Of a DNA stretch of 64,000 nt, positions 55,540 to 64,000 are shown one piece after another. The notes under the pieces were generated by a model. That model had not been told where the DNA came from. It saw only the letters and a list, made by a program, of their open reading frames with translations, and did no database searches. This stretch comes from Octopus vulgaris. Lineage: Eukaryota. Location: positions 11,780,001 through 11,844,000 of the forward strand of contig OX597835.1 of assembly GCA_951406725.2 (NCBI GenBank), given 5' to 3'. Made by a program: the position numbers and the translations under genes. How positions within the stretch are numbered: position 1 is the first letter of the stretch; each line of letters opens with the position of its first letter.

Positions 55540-56014
55540 AGTTGGCAGAATCATTAGAGTATCTCACAAAATGCTTTACATTATTTGGAGTACAAATTCC
55601 ACCTAGACCAACTTTGATTTTCATTCTTTCGGGGTCGTTGAAATAGAATACCATTCGAATACTGGGGTTGATGTAATCAACATACTTCTTCCTCTCAAAA
55701 TTACTTACCTTGTACTAGAACTTAGAAATATTATTGTTGTTGTTGTTATCAGTACGGTGAGCGGCCAGAGCCGTTAGAGCGTCAGACAAAATACTTGGTG
55801 ACATTTCTTCTTGAACTTGAAAATTTATGTTCATATCCTTCCGAGGTAAACTTTGTTTTTATCCTTTTGAATCGATAAAATAAATAACTGCCTAATACTG
55901 GGGTTCATGGTCTGATGTCCCCATTTCATAGTTATTGGCTTCGTGCCGAAATCAAAAACCATTCGGGGTGGCGATTTGGCAGAATCGTTAGAATGTCAAA
56001 GAAATGACTTCGCC

Positions 56015-56060
<46 letters not shown>

Positions 56061-56200
56061 CTCACTGGGATCAACCTCATATTTCGTCCCCAACTCAACT
56101 CCAGGATCAATAAAATAAAGTAAATACTTCGGACAAAATGGTATCGAATAACCACTTCTTTCAGAATGTTTAGTTTTGTGACGAAGCCAGAAGCAAGTAT
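55540..56200. mobile_element. Cluster of old SINE C-related fragments
   Basis: Repeated ggcagaatcgttag / ctttcggggtcg / atactggggtt motifs. Confidence 0.6.
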
Positions 56201-56617
56201 TTATATTTGGCGTGCAAGTCTTTACGAAATTACTTAAAATTATATTTAGAAACATATATTGTGTTTATTGGAATAGTAAATATTCTACATTGTATAATAA
56301 GAGAAATTAATCATGATAAATTTATAGGGAGTAAAGATTAATAAAGATTGAAGCGAACTAGGTACAATCTTAAATCATAGAAAAACAAAGATGAGATTTG
56401 TTTTGACATTGTTTACAAAAATCTATTTGAAAATCCGCACTTAAATTTCTCACAATTCTATATCTTTTGTAATAGATACAGAATTTTCTCTATTCAATAA
56501 CGTTTTAAATTCTTGAATAATAATAAATATTTCATTAGTGCCAACGGAGGACAAATTCAGCCGTATCACAAACAGGTGATACGGCTGACGTTATTGTTGT
56601 TGTTGTTATTGTTGTTG

Positions 56618-56651
<34 letters not shown>

Positions 56652-57420
56652 TGAGGTGGTGATGGTGATGGTCGTGGTGACTATTAATTTCACAAGTGCA
56701 TAAACATTACTTTTATACTATTTTACAAACGGGCTTCTTCCGTTATTTTCTGTTTGTTTTTAGTGACATTAATATTAAATTGAGTACATTTTTAAATTTC
56801 TTCGAATTTTTCCTTTTTTTTGTTTGTTTTTGTAGCGAATTACTCGAGGCAATTATTATTATTATTTTTTTCTTATTCAATGTTCTTTTATATATTTAGA
56901 AGATTTTAAAATATTTAGCAGAGATGTTTGTAGAATGGTACACACATTAAGACAAGTGTGGTGTTGCGCCTGGTTACAGTCGGTTTTCATGTTCGTGTAT
57001 ACTGTTACGCAGACACAACCTTATGTTTCCATAATGCACCACACAACTTACATACACATAAACACAAACACACTAACACACACACACACACATAAATAAT
57101 TTTATACATCTTGTGGTATGAATATTACATTTGTATGAGTGTATATGCTCGTATACATGCATGTATATATATATATATATATGTATATATAAATATATAT
57201 ATATATATGCATATATATATATATGCATATTTGTGTATATTTATATCTATATATGCACTCACGAACCTGCATCCATATATATGTGTGTAGGTGTGTGAGT
57301 GTGTAAATATATACATGCATATATAAATACACACACACATATATATATACATATATATATATATATATTCATACATACATACATACATTCATATATATAT
57401 ACATGTTTGTATATGAATAC

Positions 57421-57458
<38 letters not shown>

Positions 57459-58300
57459 ACATATATCAGTGTGTGTGTATGTATATATATATATGTAGTC
57501 AAATTTGCTGTTTATATACCTACTACGTAGGCTGCCCGTGTGTGTGTCTGTATGCGTGCGTGCGTGCGTACGTGTGTAACTCTTAGTGTGTGTGTGGGTA
57601 TGTGTTGAGAGTGTATTTATGAAGGTTGGCAGGTAGGACGTTATTGAAAAGGACTCAATAACAGTTGCGAATTCAGTCACTCGCAGTAACACAGAACGCA
57701 GCAGCACACAAACACACACACTTACACTGACACGCATACACAAAAATATAGACGTCTCTGAGTGCGTTCTTGTATGTAACTGCGTATAACGTTTATTGTA
57801 TATGCGATTAGAAATGCAAGGACGTTCTTCCATTGCGGGGGAACCAGGGCGGGCTCGTCATTAGAGAGAGAGTACTAATGAGGGCATTCTCTGCACTAAA
57901 CATTAGAACTATACACATAGATAGAGAGTTTCATGAAATTCTAGTTCAATGAGTTGTCGATATTTTCAATAGCACTTAATTAAGTTCCATGTTATATAGA
58001 CTTCTAGAATTTTCATATTTTCAAGTATTTCGTTAATGCATTTCTATTTTTATATACATACGTATGTAGATGTCTCTATTTTCCTTTTTATTGATTCCCT
58101 TACTTATATTCATAACTGTTTGTTCCTGTTTATCATTATCAATTGATACGCCAGACATCATAGTAAGTTGCATAATAGATACGAAGCCGACGAAATTCTC
58201 AGATAATATTGTGCATCCGTATTTCGAGAGAAATATCATACACGGATACCACCAACCCCCCCCCCCCGCCCCCAACACATGCACACTCACACACGATCAT

Positions 58301-58359
<59 letters not shown>

Positions 58360-58363
<4 letters not shown>

Positions 58364-58470
58364 AGAATTTCCAAGAAAAAAAAGGACGAAGACGAGGTGT
58401 GTAAACAAACAGATGTATTAGATTAACGTTCCGGAAGTGAGAAAATCTTTTTCGTTTCCAGCATACGCTC
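58360..58470 (-). mobile_element. Decayed family P2 copy
   Basis: gacgaagac...aacaaacagatgtattag...cgtttc.agc.tacgctc. Confidence 0.6.
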
Positions 58471-58542
58471 GTGTTTGTGTGTGTATATATATATGTACAT
58501 GCATTTATATATGTACATATATATAAATATATATATATACAT

Positions 58543-58664
<122 letters not shown>

Positions 58665-58757
58665 GGTATATGTGTATATATATATATACATATATATATA
58701 CATACATGCATACATAAGCACACACAGACATAAACCAGACAGACAGACAGACAAATT

Positions 58758-58827
<70 letters not shown>

Positions 58828-58851
58828 CAGTTGGAGAAAAAGAAAGAAGGA

Positions 58852-58894
<43 letters not shown>

Positions 58895-59163
58895 GAAGAA
58901 AGAGAAACTGAGATACTTAAGAGTTTGACTAAGCTCCACATTCGAGTTTGTGGCCCTACAACACGTTCACTTATCCGAATATGTCATTAGGTTGACTTCT
59001 TATCTGTTCACGAAACTTTAAGTAATGTGGAGCTAAATCAAACTGTTATTAAATACATGTAACTGTAAAGAGATTTGAATACTGCTTTCTTTCATGTGTT
59101 TACTCACTTGTACATATGTGCGTATGTGTTTGTAGGTATGAATATATATAAATATATATATAT

Positions 59164-59430
59164 ATTAAGAAATGGAGTCAAACGCAGATGTTATTTAAAA
59201 CATTTAAACTTCCAACATATGTTTCGGAGAAAGTATAAATGGTTTGAATAACAACTGCATTTGTCTCCATTTCTTAATTTATCTATGCTGTACAAAAACA
59301 TTTCACTTAACCATGGAATTTCTATATTTGTATGTAGGCTGTAATTTCCTCGGCACTTGTGTGAATTTTTTGCTACCCGGGTAATTATTTATTTATTTTT
59401 CCTGTTTTATTTGTACACATTGAAAAAAAC
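59164..59430. mobile_element. Family P3 copy with head-to-head inversion and half hammerhead in the loop
   Basis: 43-nt arms 59164-59206/59236-59278; loop contains ttccaacatatgtttcg. Confidence 0.7.
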
Positions 59431-59434
59431 ACAC

Positions 59435-59480
<46 letters not shown>

Positions 59481-59483
<3 letters not shown>

Positions 59484-59775
59484 GTGATGACCGTGACCGA
59501 CCAGGCTATCAGATGTTGCTACATATCGCTGGTCACAACGTGCTTTGCATTGTTTTAGCCTTCAAGTGATGCCACCCCACTGGTTAAGCGAGCAGTACAA
59601 CAGAAGAAAGAAAGTTGTGGCAAAACAGAACACCAGGGATCGCCAACACCCCCTGCCGGAGCCTCGTGGAGCTTTGAGTGTTTTCACTCAATAAACCCTC
59701 ACAACGCCCGGTCTGGGAATCGAAACTGCGATCCTAAAACCCCGAGTCTGCTGCCCTAATCACTGGACCATTGCG
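59481..59775 (-). mobile_element. SINE with family A head and alternative tail
   Basis: 59610-59775 matches family A; tail matches 28640-28695 instead. Confidence 0.8.
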
Positions 59776-59780
59776 ACACA

Positions 59781-59873
<93 letters not shown>

Positions 59874-59972
59874 TATAATATTAATTAGAGACAAAACCAC
59901 TATTTTGCAAATCAAACAAGGAAAGACTTAATCAATACATAAAATAATTTGCAATATAAAGTAAATAAATCG

Positions 59973-60016
59973 CCACTACAAGACTTTCCTGTCTTCAAAT
60001 GACATTCATCAGGTGG
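59973..60016 (-). ncRNA. Degenerate hammerhead motif
   Basis: Minus strand: CCAC-CTGATGA-aTGTC-atttgaa-GACAg-GAAA-gtcttg-TA-GTGG; mismatches at stems II and III; element sits between (TA)n tracts. Confidence 0.55.
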
Positions 60017-60085
60017 ATTTCATATCTTCTATTCAAATATATATATATATATATATATATACGCATCTATATATAAAGAAAGGAA

Positions 60086-60116
<31 letters not shown>

Positions 60117-61245
60117 GTGGTGATCATTCAAAGATTGTCGGGTTCGATATTCAGGCAACTCATTTTAAGATGTTTGAAGCTTTTGAAATCGTTTCAACAT
60201 CTTTATAATATACAACCTTTATGAGATACATTTATATATGCTGTGAACAAAGAGAATAGCTGATAAAAGAATTTGTAATTCCTTCAGAAGAAAACATCAC
60301 AAATAATAGAAAATATCCTGAAATATGCCAATGAATGATATGGAATGTATAGTAACAATATCATATTTTAACCGTATTCGTTGGCCGGGTATCTGTTCAC
60401 CTTCTTGCACGATAAAATAGTTTATAGCAATTTATGTGTGCCACCTGAAACAGAGCTTTGGTAACAAGGATTATTTAATCAATAGAAATATAACACAGTG
60501 ACGTCATCAGTAGAAATGCCAGGTAAACTGATGGGCGTGTGTCTTTCTCGCCACGAAAGAAATTACATTATGGTCAAGGAAGAAAGTATTGCGTTTGTAC
60601 CCAGAACAAGCGGTCGATTAAATTAGCTTGCTTTCTCATTAATTACCTATTTCATCCACTTGTGGAATCGTAAATTATAATCATATTTACGATGCCAGGT
60701 TGAAAGCTGTGGTCACAGAAAACACGAGCGTAAATATTCCTTGTCCAGCATGGCGGCAGTGAAATAACCGAGGCAAATAAAAGAATAATGAATTTATTCT
60801 ATCTCTCTATTATTTGTTTATATAATTCGTTTCTTTACATATTTCAACATCGTTTTAAGTTACAAACTTTGAGACAATTCTGAAAACCAATTCTTATAAA
60901 TTTTGTAAAGGATTATAACTGAGATTCAGTATAAAGGTCACTAAAATTAATTTAGCATAACGAATTATGCGTTCAAGCTTGACAAGCGCGAATGTCAGTA
61001 CAGTCAGTATTCAATGCAGTAAAATATTTCTCTGAGCTCATTTCTTATAATTGTTTTGCTTAACACTCCATTTATTTCCAAAGCCTCCATTTCTAATAGA
61101 ATTTCTACCGAGAGTTTTGAAAATATTTTGCGCAATTGAAGACACAATACAGATGAAAACAAACATAAGTGGTAACTTGCACCTGATAACTGGACATTTA
61201 CGTTAGACACTCGACTCACTGTTATTTCTAGTTGGAATGTAGGTA

Positions 61246-61289
<44 letters not shown>

Positions 61290-61292
<3 letters not shown>

Positions 61293-61670
61293 AGCACTCC
61301 GTCGGTTACGACGACGAGGGTTCCGGTTGATCCGAATCAACGGAACAGCCTGCTCGTGAAATTAACGTGTAAGTGGCTGAGCACTCCACAGACACGTGTA
61401 CCCTTTACGTAGTTCTCGGGGATATTCAGCGTGACACAGAGAGTTACAAGGCCGGCCCTTTGAAATACAGGTACAACAGAAACAGGAAGTAAGAGTGAGA
61501 GAAAGTTGTGGTGAAAGAGTACAGCAGGGATCACCACCATCCCCTGCCGGAGCCGCGTGGAGCTTTTAGGTGTTTTCGCTCAATAAACACTCACAACGCC
61601 CGGTCTGGGAATCGAAACCGCGATCCTATGACCGCGAGTCCGCTGTCCTAACCACTGGGCCATTGCGCCT

Positions 61671-61672
<2 letters not shown>
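61290..61672 (-). mobile_element. tRNA-derived SINE family A
   Basis: Reverse-complement, near-identical to 1422-1803. Confidence 0.93.
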
Positions 61673-61735
<63 letters not shown>

Positions 61736-61859
61736 CATACATACATACATACACACATATGTAGAAGGTTGAAAAGTAACACACGAGTTGATATGTATAA
61801 GGAAAATAAAACAAGGTAGAAAATTCTAAAATAGTTTTATCATGAAATGCATTTTGCTT

Positions 61860-61891
<32 letters not shown>

Positions 61892-62264
61892 GCGCGCGCA
61901 CACACTATCCATGTATGTCTGCATCCATACGTGTCTACGTGCATAGGTACACCATGATCCATTCACACGCGGACGAGTGTCGATTCATATGAAAAAGGAA
62001 GTGAACAAAATATGACAACTTTTAAGTTCGATTAAAAAAAAAACTTTAAAGATAAACCAAGTGTGCATCACTTCGAGCCACCCACCCACCCAATAAACAT
62101 TTCTAGCAAATTTAGTGAAAATCTGTTCATAATAATAATAATAATAATAGCTTTTACTATAGGCACAAGACCTGAATTGGGGGAAGGGTGGATTAGTCGA
62201 TTACATCGACCCCGGTTTTTTTTGTAGTACTTAATTTATCGGCCCTGAAAGGATGAGAGTAAAC

Positions 62265-62392
62265 AAGAATGATCATTTGGGTGCTTTGTGGAAATCAGGG
62301 ACTACAAAGAAAAAAGACGTGGTATGAGCAAACCCCATGAATCAACGAGAATGAAGATTGCAAAGTCCTGTGGGGTGCAAGGATTCAATGCG
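62265..62392 (+). mobile_element. R4/Dong-like LINE fragment between SINE C pieces
   Basis: RMIIWVLCGNQGLQRKKTWYEQTP*..NENEDCKVLW. Confidence 0.65.
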
Positions 62393-62654
62393 GTCGAATT
62401 TATCTTTCATCCTTTCGGGGTCAATAAAATAAGGACCAGTTGAGCATTATTTTGCTAGAGACGTTGCTTTTTCAGAAAACGAAAAAAATAGTTTCACCAT
62501 TCCATAGTAAAACCGTTGTACTACACTTTGTAATTTTTTGTTATCTTGGCATCTGAAGCAACTGGAGATACGATAGTTCTAGCAAAAGAATGGGCTATTG
62601 CATATAATTGGCGAAATCTGAACACACGACAGTTTAATATAGTGGCAACAAGAC

Positions 62655-62705
<51 letters not shown>

Positions 62706-63760
62706 GTTGCTATTATATACCAGATATGGTTATTCATGTGCTGTACCGTATATCTTTACAGCCAGATGTTAATTAATCCAGACGTTCAACAGACCTATAT
62801 TGAGGAGGCGAAAGTTGAGCATGGAGATAAACTCTTTAACGATAATTGGTGTCAGTTTTTCTTTATATAATTAACTTCCACGTAATTATGGAGCCATTTC
62901 CTATTCAATCTGCACGGAATCATTATGAGAAATTCTTCTTAAAATACATCAAAGTGTTACATTAATCTTTACTTTGAGTAGAATATTGCCAGTAACCAGG
63001 TTGCAATTAATGCGACGACAATTTTGACACTAAATAATATATAAGTGATGTCAATAGGTTTTTCTTCTGTTCTTCAATTACTAATATGCATCTTCCATAC
63101 TATAATTCCTAATTTATTATCCGAAAAATCCTTTCTTGTAGAAAGAGCTTGCATTCAGAAATTTTGTAGCGCTTACGCTGCTAGTGAAGCTTCCATTAGC
63201 ACGCGAGGTACGGGAAATATTTTTTGTTTCCTGAAGTGTGTGTGTGTACATTTTAGTGCCACTGTTGATGTTGCTGTTGTTGTTAGCATTGTTGTAATTG
63301 TTGCTGACGATGAAAATATTACCCCCTCGGGCTAGTCATGCTAGCGTTTTTAGCTGTTAAATCATTTGCTTTTTGTTCATGTTCAAGATTAATATCTTGC
63401 TTTACAATAAAATTGATATAGTCTTTTTCATATATATTTGTTATCTGTTTGTGAACTATGCTATTTTGTTCATTGTTGATATTCTTTGGGTCTCGTATCT
63501 AGAAGACGCCATCTTAGCACGAATCTACACAGAGATGGAGAAATAAAATAATCATAAACAAAAGAACCGACATTATGTCTACCCCGGTATGGGGTAGACT
63601 CCGACAAGTTGGAAAGAACTGATTGTAAATAGTTGAACTAAGACAAGCTGATTGTGAAGAATTCGAAGGAAAAAATGTTTTCACTTTGACTGGCAAAAAC
63701 AGAAAGATATTATCAAATCGCCAAAGAATTATGAGTGCATTCACTCATAATTCTACGTTC

Positions 63761-63883
63761 AATAATAATAATAATAATAACAATAATAATAATAATAATA
63801 ATAATGATAATATTAATAATAACAACAACAACACCAACAACAACAATAACAACAACAATAATAATAATAATAATAATAATAAT
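63761..63883. repeat. (AAT/AAC)n microsatellite
   Basis: Direct inspection. Confidence 0.95.
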
Positions 63884-64000
63884 TTGCCCTCATGCAGTAC
63901 CAGGCAGTGGCTCTCGTGGGGTTGTGGATGTGAGAGCCTTGCACGAAAAGAATACAAGCGCCGCCACGATAAAGTGTGCGTGTATCTTCCTTGGCTCTGA
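63884..64000 (+). mobile_element. R4/Dong-like LINE fragment (RHD motif), runs off the window
   Basis: GCESLARKEYKRRHDKVCVYLPWL; abuts the (AAT)n tract. Confidence 0.75.

Overview
AT-rich, microsatellite-saturated eukaryotic non-coding DNA (long intron or intergenic). The SINE families and repeat landscape look like Octopus (coleoid cephalopod); this is recognition from memory, not a database result. I found no supportable host exon, and nearly all supplied ORFs are translations of (TA)n/(CA)n/(GATA)n or of SINEs. The window holds many copies of four tRNA-headed SINE families (my labels A-D), decayed LINE pieces (RTE/BovB with a 5' inversion, CR1-like, R4/Dong-like, probable L1/Tx1), Tc1/mariner and maT transposase relics, a probable Helitron end and a 33-bp minisatellite. 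The main hidden signal is about ten minimal type I hammerhead ribozyme motifs from at least five unrelated repeat families, mostly in or beside (TA)n tracts, resembling Penelope-like pseudo-LTRs or retrozymes. They include canonical cores and candidate G3-C8 and U3-A8 compensated cores. Several sit at the junction of head-to-head fold-back duplications. All ribozyme calls come from manual folding and are untested.
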